DNA of 64,000 nucleotides from an uncultured Nitrososphaeraceae archaeon (GTDB lineage Archaea > Thermoproteota > Nitrososphaeria > Nitrososphaerales > Nitrososphaeraceae). The position numbers were made by a program, and so were the translations under genes. The number at the start of each line of letters is the position of its first letter. The first letter of the stretch is position 1. The DNA lies in NCBI GenBank assembly GCA_963765895.1, contig CAVXZB010000087.1, positions 1-64,000 of the forward strand. Reading direction: 5' to 3'. A model generated the notes under the pieces. It searched no databases and had not been told where the DNA came from. It saw only the letters and a list, made by a program, of their open reading frames with translations. Of the stretch, positions 11,810 through 23,210 are shown in pieces.

Positions 11810-11850
11810 CTAACATATTGTAATGTTAGTTACACTATATATTTTTTTCG
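11810..11850 (-). promoter_or_regulatory. hsp20-cdc48 promoter with inverted-repeat operator candidate
   Basis: Perfect IR CTAACAT-N6-ATGTTAG (11810-11829) abutting the start codon; TATATATA-like box and A-rich BRE at ~11836-11850 on the minus strand. Confidence 0.55.
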
Positions 11851-11903
11851 TCATTGATAGGCAGGTTTAATACTCAGAGATATTTATATTACTTGTTATC
11901 ATA

Positions 11904-12776
11904 GTGTCTATTTTTGACAAGCCAGTTTCGATAACAGAAATAATTCGAGAAATATTAACATCTAATGCATTATACTATTCCGCACTCGAATCAGGAATCG
12001 CCAATTATGCGGCTTTGGCCAAAAAAATTAAGCCCGAAATCGAGAAACGTACGGCTTATGATGTCAATGTCGGAGCAATTATAGCTGGATTGAAGAGAAT
12101 CGCAAATATTATAATAGAGCACGAAAAAGAGCAAAATCGTTTAGACGATCTAGAATATTTTGAACATATAACTGGCAATAATCTGAATGCCATTACTAGC
12201 AATACACAATCTTCGATCAAGATATCATTAATCGGAAATATTGTTAATCTAGAGTTAAAGGATGAAATTGCATATGATCAACTATCAAATGTATTATCAG
12301 ATATTTTTGGCAGAGAGACTGAATATAGTCTATTTCAGACCTGTAAGCGACTGAGTCTGTTTATAGAAAATCAAGAATTTTCCAATACTCCGCGACCTGG
12401 GTCGGCTAAGTACCTGAAAAGAATAAAGAAAGGATTGTCGAAAATCATAATCACTATTCCATCTAACAATGAATTTAATATTACAAATCATAAAGAGGCA
12501 GATCTTGAGAAAAGTGCATATGGCATATTATCATCCATAGTACATATTCTCTACAATCATCATCTCCCTCTACATGATGCCTTCTTAACACCAAGTAAAA
12601 TTGTGTTAATTCTGAGTGACAAGGATGCGGCTAAGACATATGAGATATTGAGAACAAAAATGTCTGGTCAGGTACTACTGACTTTTTTACGTAATAGACC
12701 AAAATACTCGTCTATTATTTTCGAGTACCTATATTGCAAAATATACTTGCACGATTTACTTAGCTGTACAATCTAG
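11904..12776 (+). CDS. Conserved archaeal protein with N-terminal HTH-like and C-terminal ACT-like region
   Basis: GIANYAALAKKIKPEI...VGAIIAGLKR N-terminus and ...KIVLILSDKDAAKTYEIL C-terminus typical of archaeal ACT-domain proteins. Confidence 0.6.
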   Translation: MSIFDKPVSITEIIREILTSNALYYSALESGIANYAALAKKIKPEIEKRTAYDVNVGAIIAGLKRIANIIIEHEKEQNRLDDLEYFEHITGNNLNAITSNTQSSIKISLIGNIVNLELKDEIAYDQLSNVLSDIFGRETEYSLFQTCKRLSLFIENQEFSNTPRPGSAKYLKRIKKGLSKIIITIPSNNEFNITNHKEADLEKSAYGILSSIVHILYNHHLPLHDAFLTPSKIVLILSDKDAAKTYEILRTKMSGQVLLTFLRNRPKYSSIIFEYLYCKIYLHDLLSCTI

Positions 12777-13369
12777 GTTCTGAATTATTTGTCGTCACTC
12801 ATTATAATTCAAGTCTACAAATCGAATGATCTAGTAAGTAAATTGTTAAATAATTATTCGGTAATCTTATCACTGAAAAATTGACCTCAGATGAGCACTT
12901 CTAAGAGGTAAAGTCCCATTAGTCGTTGTCCTATCCTACTCTTCTACATTTATTCTGGCTACCGTTTAATCAAAAACTTGGTAATCTTAAATCAAAGGAT
13001 AGATTGTATGCTATGCGAGTGGTTGCTGACTCAAAAAGTCTAACAAAACAATCCAATATGCTGGTTTTTGGTTTGATATCGGTGTCTTTCTGCATTATAC
13101 ATAGACTATCTACTATTTAGTAGTAGCAATACTAAGCAGACGCCATCAACTTAACAAGAATCCATCTATAGCCCAAAAGCATACGATAAACCTATAGGTA
13201 TTAGATTGAATTCGTCTCTCGACTTTACCATATCTACCATCTCATGATATCGTAATTGTACATGTTAATATGCTTCTGCATTCCTTAATGAATCAGCATT
13301 CTACATGCAGACTTGGTTATTAGCCAACCTAAGTAAGTTTTTAATAATACTTCGTAATACAAGATGTAA

Positions 13370-13492
13370 ATGTCATCAAGTCTTAGATGTGAGGAATGTG
13401 GACAAGAGTTTGATACTTTGGATACTCTAAATGAGCATCAAACATCTGAAAGAGAAGAACACGAACTTAGAAACAAGCGAATAATTGATTAA
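13370..13492 (+). CDS. 40-aa C2H2-like zinc-finger microprotein (not in ORF track)
   Basis: MSSSLRCEECGQEFDTLDTLNEHQTSEREEHELRNKRIID*, pattern C-x2-C-x3-F-x5-L-x2-H. Confidence 0.65.
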   Translation: MSSSLRCEECGQEFDTLDTLNEHQTSEREEHELRNKRIID

Positions 13493-13808
13493 TCTAAAAT
13501 AAATATATTTATTTATTAATACCCAATTATGTCCGTACATCCGTCTGTAATTTTGTACGTCGAGTCGACTAGATTTTATCGATACTGTACTCGATTAATT
13601 CTTTCTCTCTCTTGTTGGAGCCACCAAACCATTTACCTAACTTACTTACAAATATACCTATCTGTTATCCTAAATTGATACCGGTCTATGTAAATATCGA
13701 TAGGAATAAATCTTTTCAGACTATTGCACTTTACTTAATTGGTCGCATGGTACGATAATTTCTACAGCGTCACTACTTCATACTCGTACTTGAGGAATAC
13801 TACTACAT

Positions 13809-14304
13809 CTAACCCAAATTCTTAAATAATTCGTGCGTATAGGATCTCATTCCTAATTTGTCAGTGATTCTAGCTAGAGCATTTTTTATTGTATTTTCCT
13901 TCAAGTCCAAAATCTCTGCTAATTCCGAAATAGCTAGCTGCTTTTTCTTTTTGAAGAGTATATCTCTCTATTATGAGGCACATAAGACAACGCTCAATAT
14001 CATCAAAATTAACTTTTTCAGTTTCATGTATCTTTTTTATTATACTCTGCTTTAGTGCCCTAAGATCATTGAGCCGAGTCTCTAAATGTTGTATTTGTTC
14101 TTCCACACCATCTAGATTCTGTTGTAACATTAAAAGAAAGTGACCTAGGGAGACCATTGATTTCGTACAAATGTATAGGAACTGGTCAGAAACAGACCTC
14201 CTGTTGTAGATCCGATAACCAAAAAGATAGACAGACATAATGACAAATTCTCTACCTTTTTCAAATAGGCTTGTTAAGATAACGTTATTTAATAGATTTC
14301 GCAT
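13809..14304 (-). pseudogene. Possible C-terminal remnant of an ArsR/Phr-HSR1-like regulator (coiled coil plus HTH)
   Basis: VEEQIQHLETRLNDLRALKQSII coiled coil, then after a frameshift LAISELAEILDLKENTIKNALARI (HTH-like). No N-terminal wHTH seen. Confidence 0.35.
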
Positions 14305-14574
14305 TATGGATTAAATCTTGGCTCTTTACTTTCTGAATGTGCCATCTTTACGTCCTCATAGTAATTAATGGAAGTGATCTCACATGATCTTTTGATTACT
14401 TTACAGATTGCTTCAAAAGCATTAATCACTGTAGGAAGGGTAATCACTCTTGGTTTAACTTCATGATTTTCAAACTCGAATATATCACAATCTTCACAAA
14501 TTGACACTAAACGTTTAGCAAAACCATATGTTGGCAAAAAAACTTTATGTAGATACAAAATCTGTATAAAACGT

Positions 14575-15498
14575 GTGTCCAAGGGTAAAACATTCATCAC
14601 AATTATAGCATTATCTCTTATGGTTGTTATTGTAGGCTTACAAGGAACAGTTATACATAGAGCGTTTGCTGCTACGTCTGATCTCAAAAATATAACTGGT
14701 TCAAGCAATACGGAAAAAAATATTAACATTTTATTTACAACAATCTTGGCAAAGAACCTTGAAAACCATATTCAAAAAGCAGGATCTATTCTTGAGATAA
14801 CAAGCAAATTACCTCAAGTGAGAGATACATCTTATGCTCATTTGCTTAACCAGACATTAAGCACATTACATGGAATACCTCGATATGCAGATACAGAAAA
14901 AAAGACAGGTAGCTAAGAACATAATAGCTAGTAATAGTGATATATACAAAATATATCTTATTATGCCAAATGGAGGTATGTATTTTCTTGAGCCTTATTC
15001 TACGCAACAGACTCTTACCAAAAACAATTATGCATTTAGGGATTATTTCCAAGGGGCAATTAAGACAAATGACACTTATCTAGGAAATGTTATAATTTCT
15101 ACAGCTGCCTCTCATTCCAGGGAAGCTGTGATTGCTGTACCGGTATACTCTAAGGATAACTCCACTATTGCTGGAGTATGGGCAGGTAGTATTGATTTTA
15201 GTATTTTAAATAAAGAACTTCAATCACTCAATATTACATCTTTATCAGACAGTAATATTACACGAGTAGTTTATATAGGACACGATGGACGGAAGATAGC
15301 AGATTCTGATATAAATAAAGTAAAATTCTAGAATCATTCACTACCCTGAATAGCTTTAAGAATGCTATAAATGGACAGTCTGGCTCAATTATAGATATAG
15401 TAGACAATAAAAAGATGTTAGTAACGTACCAGCCTGTCAAGGCGTTTCATAATACCTGGGTAGTTCTTTTTATGCAACCACTATCATCATCGAAATAA
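14575..15498 (+). CDS. Secreted/membrane-anchored Cache (dCache) sensor-domain protein, two homopolymer frameshifts
   Basis: N-terminal TM segment; NYAFRDYFQGA, AVIAVPVY and YQPVKAFHNTWVV Cache motifs; no kinase domain. Confidence 0.8.
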
Positions 15499-15839
15499 TC
15501 ACTCATGTCTTTACCATATGGCAACATTTGATATTGTCTACAATAATACAATGCCTCTCCAATATGCCTGTTATTCGATTTATTTTACATTTTTCTTCCA
15601 CGATCGCCAGTTTCTATTTTTATCAACCCCGTATGTACTGAAACTAACCTCCAAATCAATGATGCTCTGTACGTGTTACGGTAATTCCGTAGCCGTGTCT
15701 TGGGCTCGTCGGTTTACGAGATATATCCGAAATACACAGGCTTCGGAATAGACAAAAATGTACTTGTAATTTTGATTATTATTAGTATCCATCTTATTTT
15801 AAGAAGATTAATGAATATGGATTAAATATGCTGTTCTAA

Positions 15840-17309
15840 TATCTAAAAGAGATAACATACCCCCGTAAGCAGAGAGCCCTCGTTCTACAAGGTGGAGGCG
15901 CATTAGGAGCATATCAAGACTGGAGCCGTTCAGGCGCTCTATGAACATTTACCTGCCAATGAAAATAAGCAAGGTAGCTTATTTGATATTGTTGCTGGAA
16001 CCTCTAGCGGCGCAATGAATGGGGCCATATTGGTTAGCCGTGCCTCAAACGGAAGTTAGCAAAAAAGTATAGATAAATTGAATGCCTTTTGTGAATACGT
16101 ATCAACTGATCCAGATTTAAGAATCTGGTATCCATACATTCCTGACAGGAAGAGTTGGATTTCATACTGGGATACTCAAAAAGAGATGTATCCAAATTCA
16201 GCGTCAGGAGAACTAACTAGGAGATATTACTCTGCAAAGCAGTTTCTATGTTCTGGAGTTCAACATGTATATACACCAAAATTTTCTACACTATGCCTAC
16301 CATTAAATGGATTTCCAATTTTAGACGATAGATTTTTTGACAACTTTGGTCTACTCAATAATATGTGGCTTCTTTACAGCAATCAACCATTAAAAGAAAG
16401 CCTTGAAAAGTACACTAAATTTCCTATTGCAACTACTTTTGATAAAATCAACCTAGATTATTATTAGTTAGTGTGGACGTACAACAGGGAGCAGTAGTAA
16501 CATTTGATTGCTACCCAAAAGATCAACAAGGAATCAAAAGAGAGTCTGGGTATGGTAAATTAGACTCCCAGAAAAATGATAACAGCAAACAACATTATAA
16601 ATATATCATAAGCTACGATAATGGGATAATTTCAGATTATGCCATGGCAAGTGGTTCAGTACCGATAAATTATGCCTATACAAAAATAGATGATGTAAAA
16701 ATAAACAGCCTAGATAAGCAAGGTAATATTAAGTTCGAAAGAGCTCCACGTTATTTCTGGGATGGTGGAATATTAAGCAACACTCCTCTACGGGAACTAA
16801 TACAATCACACAAAGATTATTGGTTTAGAGTAGTAGGAAATGAAGAAGATGATGCGGTGGTTCCTGACTTGGATGTGTATATTATTGATGTATGGATTAC
16901 TATAGAGAAGAGCGTTCCTATTGACCATGACGCAGTACTGGATAGAAAAGAGGATTTACTATTAAACGACAAAACTGACTATGATCAAAAGACTGCGAAC
17001 ATTGTATCAGATTATGTAGCACTAGTTGACGAATTTATTGACCTTGCAAAAAAACATAATATAGAGAAAGAAGAAATAAATAAAATCCTATCAAAAACCA
17101 CACCTAGAAGTAGACATCGTAATGGAATTAAAAGGCAGTACAAAAATTTGATAAATGAGAGATTTGACGTAAACGTGATACGAATTGAGAGAAAGCAAAA
17201 TGTCGAATTGGATATCAATAATAAAATGCTTGATTATTCAGCCGATACAATCCAACAATTGATGCAGGATGGAGATGATGATACAATGAATAGCCCAGCA
17301 ATACGGTAA
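15840..17309 (+). pseudogene. Patatin-like phospholipase family protein, frameshifted with an internal stop
   Basis: RALVLQGGGALGAYQ, DIVAGTSSGAMNGA (GxSxG) and WDGGILSNTPLRE; split over at least 3 frames. Confidence 0.85.
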
Positions 17310-17829
17310 TGACTCTCCATTTTTAATAATGGTGCATTAGTAATTTCTTTGATAACCCCTTAATTTCCGAATTCTATCTCCTAACCTCCTCTAGTATAAG
17401 AATACTGAAAACAAAATTTCCGAATGTTTGGAGGCTCATGAGATAAGTATCACAGTATTCAGGTGAGTGAACTAAAGTGAGCCTAGACTTTGTTGGTAGT
17501 TGCAATATACTAGTAACGTAGGCTCATATGCAGATTGAATCTAGTTAGATCAGTATCAATGCTGTTATGAATCCCAATTATTGTAACTGTAATGAATTTG
17601 AAAAGCACTAGAATACAATGATATTCGCTATTATAGACCTGAAGATGACAGATTCAACGCAGTTAAGAAAGCGGGTTAGTACATGTATTCTATGGGCTAT
17701 GAGCGACCCATTGCTAGTCTAGAGCCTTTCAAATATTGTCCATCATAAATACGGAGAAGCTGAGCTATTCCACGATATTCTCTTGGCGCTATATATAAGC
17801 TTAGAAATGATATACCTTACTACAGTAAC

Positions 17830-17985
17830 GTGTCACCTGTTGATTTCTGGGAACGAACTGTGCGTTGTCTTTTTTGCAATGCTATGGCAACACTAAAGCC
17901 TACCAAGACGAGACGTATAATGTTGCGCTGCAACACTTGTGGAGCTCTGGTGTTCGCCAATGGAATTCTCGCGACAGAGAATTAA
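17830..17985 (+). CDS. 51-aa zinc-ribbon microprotein, copy 1
   Basis: GTG start; ...TVRCLFCNAMATLKPTKTRRIMLRCNTCGALVFANGI..., two CxxC motifs; paralogue at ~19856-20003. Confidence 0.6.
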   Translation: MSPVDFWERTVRCLFCNAMATLKPTKTRRIMLRCNTCGALVFANGILATEN

Positions 17986-18852
17986 GACATTGAGAGATTT
18001 CAGATTTACCCAGGTACATGAAATAGTATAAAGCAATGTCCATAGTATGGTCAATTCTCGCTCAAGTAACGATATATTGTAGTTCGCAGGCTTGGATTAG
18101 TAATTCTATTTATTCGCCGGCATGTAGACAGTCTTTTAGCAGATTTCGGTTTAGACGAATTCGAGCCCTCATCGTATCTTTCGTCTGGAATTACATGTTC
18201 TATTGATATGATCAGTATATTCTTTCTTGCCCGATTTCACCTTGCCTGTCACGTACTCGGCAATCATTTGTGAATCTATCTTGTCATTCGCCGGCAAAAA
18301 CTGGCGAAGATCCAATACACAGATAATAAAAACTGGTAAATAGGTCAAATCTTCAGGCGTTATCCTTATTGCAAGATTCACTAGGCGTAGGTAGTATAGA
18401 ACATTGTCTTTAGCTAGAGTAATTTTTCCACACTTCTGCCTGTCTTATGTTCTTATCGAATACAATAAATCAGTTACAGAGTCAAAATAGTATAAAAATG
18501 GATCAATAGTAATGATGATTAGACAACTCAGATTATTTGGAGATATATTAATCTCTCTAGTTGCTCTAGTTGCTATTTGCATCAATTGAATATTTATTTA
18601 GAACCCTCTTCCCGGTATCAAAGGCTCGAGATTTCATATGCCTCATTAATACATTTAACAAAAAGTTACTTTTGCAATGTTATCCAAATTTTGTAATTAG
18701 CTGAAGCAGAAAAATTGCTGATTAGGTTGGTCAATCTCTTATATCATATGTTGTATACGCATACCGTATAACAAAGAGAGCTTAATTTTGGAAAAAAATA
18801 ACGAACAAAATTTAAAGATATTTCGCGAAAGGTGAAAAAAACAATATAATCG

Positions 18853-19838
18853 ATGGCACAAGAAGTGACGGTAAGAAAGAAAGGAGAAGTATAATAGTAA
18901 GGAACAAGCGTTTGATGTAGCAATAATAGGCGGAGGGTTCGCAGGGCTATCCTCAGCATTATTGCTTGGCAGATATATCAGACCTACGGTGGTTTTTGAT
19001 AGGGGGAATACAAGAAACTCTATGACCAGACAAGTCCATGGTTATTTAGGGTATGAAAACGTCTGTCCGAGACAGCTTATTAAGAAAGCTCGGAAAGATG
19101 TATTGCAGTATAGATCGATAAAGATAATCAACGAGAAAGTTGAAAAGGTCAAGAAATACAAGGATATTTTTTTATTAACTACAGACAAAAGGATGTACTT
19201 CTATTAAGTGCAGATATGTTGTAATAGCAACAGGAATTGAAGATATAAAGCCAAGTATTAAAAATTTTAGAAAGTTCGATGGAAATGGAGCATGGCATTG
19301 CCCTCATTGTGATGGATTCCAAAGCGAAGGGACAAGGCTCATCATTATTTCGTCTGGTGATAATAGCATAAATTATGCAAAAGAATTCCTGGGATGGACT
19401 GAGAATATTACGCTTTTTGTAAATGATAATTATAAGATGAAACAAGAAGAATTAGATGATGCCAAGAAATTAAAGATCAAGATAGGACAAAATGATATAC
19501 CTATAGAAATTACTGCAAATAAAAAAGGATTCTCTCACAGGAATTATATGTAAAAGTGGGAGACTATATCCCGGAGATGTGATATTCTATAATATTGGAT
19601 ACAAAGTTAGAAATCAGATTGCAAGGCAAATTGGATGCGAAGTAGATGAGCAGGGGTTTGTCAAAGCGAATAACATGAGCAAACCACAGTTCCTAACGTT
19701 TATGCAGTAGGAGATATAGCTACTGATAGACACTATGTAGTCCTAGCAGCAGCCAGTGGAGCACTTGCTTCTATATCGATTTACGAAACCCTTCTGAGAG
19801 ATGCCATCAAGAGAAGAAGATTTGGAACATCTAAATGA
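18853..19838 (+). CDS. trxB: Thioredoxin reductase-like NAD(P)/FAD oxidoreductase, several frameshifts
   Basis: FDVAIIGGGFAG, VVIATG, WHCPHCDG (CxxC) and TTVPNVYAVGD motifs. Confidence 0.8.
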
Positions 19839-19855
19839 ACCATTAACACAACGTG

Positions 19856-20003
19856 AGAACTTACTGTGAATTGTCTTTTTTTTGCAATGCTATGGCAATA
19901 CTAAAGCCAACCAGGACTGAGACGTATAATGTTGCGATGCAACACATGTGGAGCTCTGGTGTTCGCCAATGGAATATTCTCGCAACGGAGAATTATGATA
20001 TTG
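19856..20003 (+). repeat. Second, frameshifted copy of the zinc-ribbon microgene (direct repeat of ~17851-17990)
   Basis: Shared TGCAATGCTATGGCAA, GAGACGTATAATGTTGCG and TGTGGAGCTCTGGTGTTCGCCAATGGAAT. Confidence 0.8.
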
Positions 20004-20107
20004 AAGAATTACGCTTTTCCATCTCTACGTTGACTAGTATAAGATAGCGGGCAGTGTTGTTAGACAACAATCGCCGGCATTTAGTACGTCATTTAGAAGT
20101 CTAGTGA

Positions 20108-20700
20108 TTAGTTACCAAACTTAGTATTGGTTACTATACATGTCTTAGTTTGACCATCATTTATAATGCCTACACAATCTAAGGATAAACTAGACGAATA
20201 TTGATGTCCAGTATTTGTTGTAATTGGTTTAGTTTCAGTAACACCGTATGGACCTGCTGCCAATTGAACATCAACTCCTGACTCATAACCTGGAAAGTCT
20301 GTCGGAGATGTATTGTTTCTGTTTGTATGCATAGTAAAGTCAGATGCTTGGGCATTACTACCTCCTAGGCGAGCAATCCGAATTATCGGCATGGGTTAAT
20401 GACTATCAAATGTGCAGTTCTATGAGCTGGCCCAGGTGCAGCTGCTCCCGCGGGACCAGGTGGCCCTTATGGACCTGGCAGTCCTTGTGGCCCGGTAGGT
20501 CCGACAACGCAATTTGCGACACATGTTGTGGGTGGGCCAGCAGCCGCTGCTGTAATTCTCATTCCTTGTGTCGGATCGCTATTAGTTGCTGCCAAAACAT
20601 TTAGAGACATACTTGCGGCTAATGCAAGTATTATAATAATAAACGCAGAGTATTGGTTCATGCCAGTAAACATATTTCCACTATAGAATATGTCATTCAA
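20108..20700 (-). pseudogene. Secreted collagen-like (Gly-X-Y) protein with C-terminal prealbumin-like fold, interrupted
   Basis: Signal peptide and GPTGPQGLPGP*GPPGPAG repeats with an in-frame TAA; C-terminal FPG...GPYGVTE...DCVGII...KTCIVTN. Confidence 0.6.
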
Positions 20701-21126
20701 TTTTTCTGCAATGCTTTACACTGAATAATAAGAAACTTGAATATATAGCATATACATCTATATGCGGATTTAATGTCGCTAATATGGTAATACCATGATT
20801 TCTACATTTCTAGACGATATATTTGTATATAATAAGATAAATCATAAATTTGTAATTATCTGGTTGAATACGTATATTTTTCAGTATATATGATTTATCA
20901 TCGTTGATAATAGTACGTGTTCTATGATCTCCAGGAGTTAATGGGAAACCGACCGAACCTCGGCCTGCGCTGCAGCGAGTTACCTTACATTTGGTCAACC
21001 AAGAGAAGTAGATGAAAAGATATCACTCTCTGTACTAGGAGAAGTATTGTAGTTTGATATAAAATTTAATATAACAGACTGCGTTATCTTCTTCCATAAT
21101 TTTCTATGAAGGTAGAAATGTTACTA

Positions 21127-22413
21127 CTATTTTATATTAAAGTCATAATTAACACTCTGGCAATGTGATAACTTTTCCATAGTTTTGTTCTCACCTTGTG
21201 TTATCAGTTCTTTGACTGTTTTCGTAGAAAAGTCTGCATTTTGCAGCATACTAGGTGATTCTAATTCACTCCTTACTATTCTTGTAACAGATTTTATTTG
21301 TGCACCATAATTGTTGATTAGAGTATTGTATTCTGACTTTATCTTTTGCAACTGATGAGGATCAATCTTAGACATATCAACTTTTTTTTGCACAATGTCA
21401 TATAATATTTCTATAAGCTGGATGTGTCTGGTAATAAGTCTTGACATTTTTATATTATCCATATTCTTATCGCTAAAAATAATATCTTTAGCTCTGCTTT
21501 CGACTTCCGCCATATTGGAAGGAAGTCTATGTATTTTTCTTGGGTAGTTTTCTACAATAAAGATATTTTTATCATTCCTTGGAGATGCATAAATGACTTC
21601 TCTTACTGGAGTATTGCTAAGTAGGCTACCATCCCATGCATACAAGTTATCTTCGAGTTCAATCCATGGAAATCCATATATTGGATAACCAGAGCTTGCT
21701 AGGATATGTTTTGCTTTTATTTCCATTTTCGTATTGTCAAATATAAGTGGTCTGGCTGTCATCACATCTACAGCAGTTATTATAAGTCGAAGTACCTCTG
21801 GTAATTCTTCTTTTGTTGCAGCAAGGTTGAGCTTTTTATAATCTATGTATTTATCGAGTGTTTTTGCAAGTGCCGAATGGTCATAGAAATAAGTCCAATT
21901 TATTGGGTTAAGAAAATCATAGTAGTGTTCTTGATGCTCTCTTTTATCGCGATGATAAAAAATACCATTGCTATTATTATAATCCTCATCATAGCTCCAA
22001 GGAGGCCAATGTGACCATATGGGAGTAAACATTTTGGGAACCCCAAACATCGCAGCATTAGCCGAAGCAGCAGATATTTTCTTGTAAATGTAGCTCTTAG
22101 CTTTATTGTCATAATCAAGGATAAAAGTGTCTGGAATGATATTGGGACTACTTTCAGCAATCTCCATCCAAAAATCCTCAAGGTCTTTTTCAGGATGGTC
22201 ATTTTTGCTTCCAACAATTATAGCAGCATTTACAGCTCCAATGGATGTACCTGCAACTATATCTATTCTTACATCCCTTTTTACTAATGCTTTGAATACT
22301 CCACATGCAAAAGCTCCTAATGAGCCTCCTCCTTGCAACACAAGAACATTCTCTACCTCTCTTGATTCTTTATGTCGTGAATGGCTATCTTCTTCCCTAA
22401 ATAAATAACTCAT
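21127..22413 (-). CDS. Patatin-like phospholipase family protein, intact
   Basis: VLVLQGGGSLGAF, DIVAGTSIGAVNA (GxSxG), WDGSLLSNTP and C-terminal ADFS motif. Confidence 0.92.
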   Translation of the reverse strand: MSYLFREEDSHSRHKESREVENVLVLQGGGSLGAFACGVFKALVKRDVRIDIVAGTSIGAVNAAIIVGSKNDHPEKDLEDFWMEIAESSPNIIPDTFILDYDNKAKSYIYKKISAASANAAMFGVPKMFTPIWSHWPPWSYDEDYNNSNGIFYHRDKREHQEHYYDFLNPINWTYFYDHSALAKTLDKYIDYKKLNLAATKEELPEVLRLIITAVDVMTARPLIFDNTKMEIKAKHILASSGYPIYGFPWIELEDNLYAWDGSLLSNTPVREVIYASPRNDKNIFIVENYPRKIHRLPSNMAEVESRAKDIIFSDKNMDNIKMSRLITRHIQLIEILYDIVQKKVDMSKIDPHQLQKIKSEYNTLINNYGAQIKSVTRIVRSELESPSMLQNADFSTKTVKELITQGENKTMEKLSHCQSVNYDFNIK

Positions 22414-22694
22414 TTAAATGATCATGGTTTGTATTCTTATTATAATTTATAATAGATCTATTAGGATATCCGTTAGTAGTGATATGTAGTGGCGGTGGTA
22501 TTGGTAGTCTGGCTTTATATAATAGCTCTGGGTGCTCTTTCTAACATCTATTCTAACCATAAATACATCAGACAACAATAAGATAAAATAAAATCAATTC
22601 AAAGAAGAAATCAGGTGCCCCTCAACTTCTAGAATTATAACCAATTATTCTCCATCTATTTTGAATCATATTGATTATTATATAATAGATGTGT

Positions 22695-22868
22695 AGCTAA
22701 TTCTCGGCTTGGCCCTGGTCCCTGCTGATTTCCTGGCGAATTACAAAATCAACATGTGGCCATTGTAGAGACATGCTGGAACCTCGTAATGGGAATTTAC
22801 AGTATGAACGAAGTTATAGGGCAGCAAGAACTCATTTCGTATGATAGAATGCCTTATTTGGTTGGATT
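22695..22868 (-). pseudogene. Degraded 3' fragment of a second DUF5996 gene
   Basis: Minus strand reads IQPNKAFYHT...EFLLPYNFVHTVNS, matching IQPVEAFYHT...EFLLPYEVVRTAKS of the 7148-8056 gene, also at nucleotide level. Confidence 0.65.
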
Positions 22869-23210
22869 ACAGACTATATATCTACCCCAACAATATATTA
22901 GATTGGTGTAATGTTATCACCATATGCGGATCAGCTGACTGCAATTTGAAATCATTAAACTTTGATATAGTCAATGCCGATCATTGGAGCACTACTAGTA
23001 TCTTTTTATTTACGTTTGTGCCTTATTTTATAGTTATAAAATGCACTTTTTAAAGGTACATATATGCATAATAAATTCGTGTTTATTGGAACAAGTCTCT
23101 AGATCTGTGCTCCTCTAGACCATGGTTTAATATTCCAAATGAAAAGTCATTCTCTACAATGATAGTTTACCACCATTATCTTATGTATTAATTTTTCATA
23201 ATCTAATCCT

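Noticed and set aside
17478-17526. 8-bp inverted repeat TGAGCCTA...TAGGCTCA
   Set aside because: Isolated, no TSD or second copy seen; compatible with chance.
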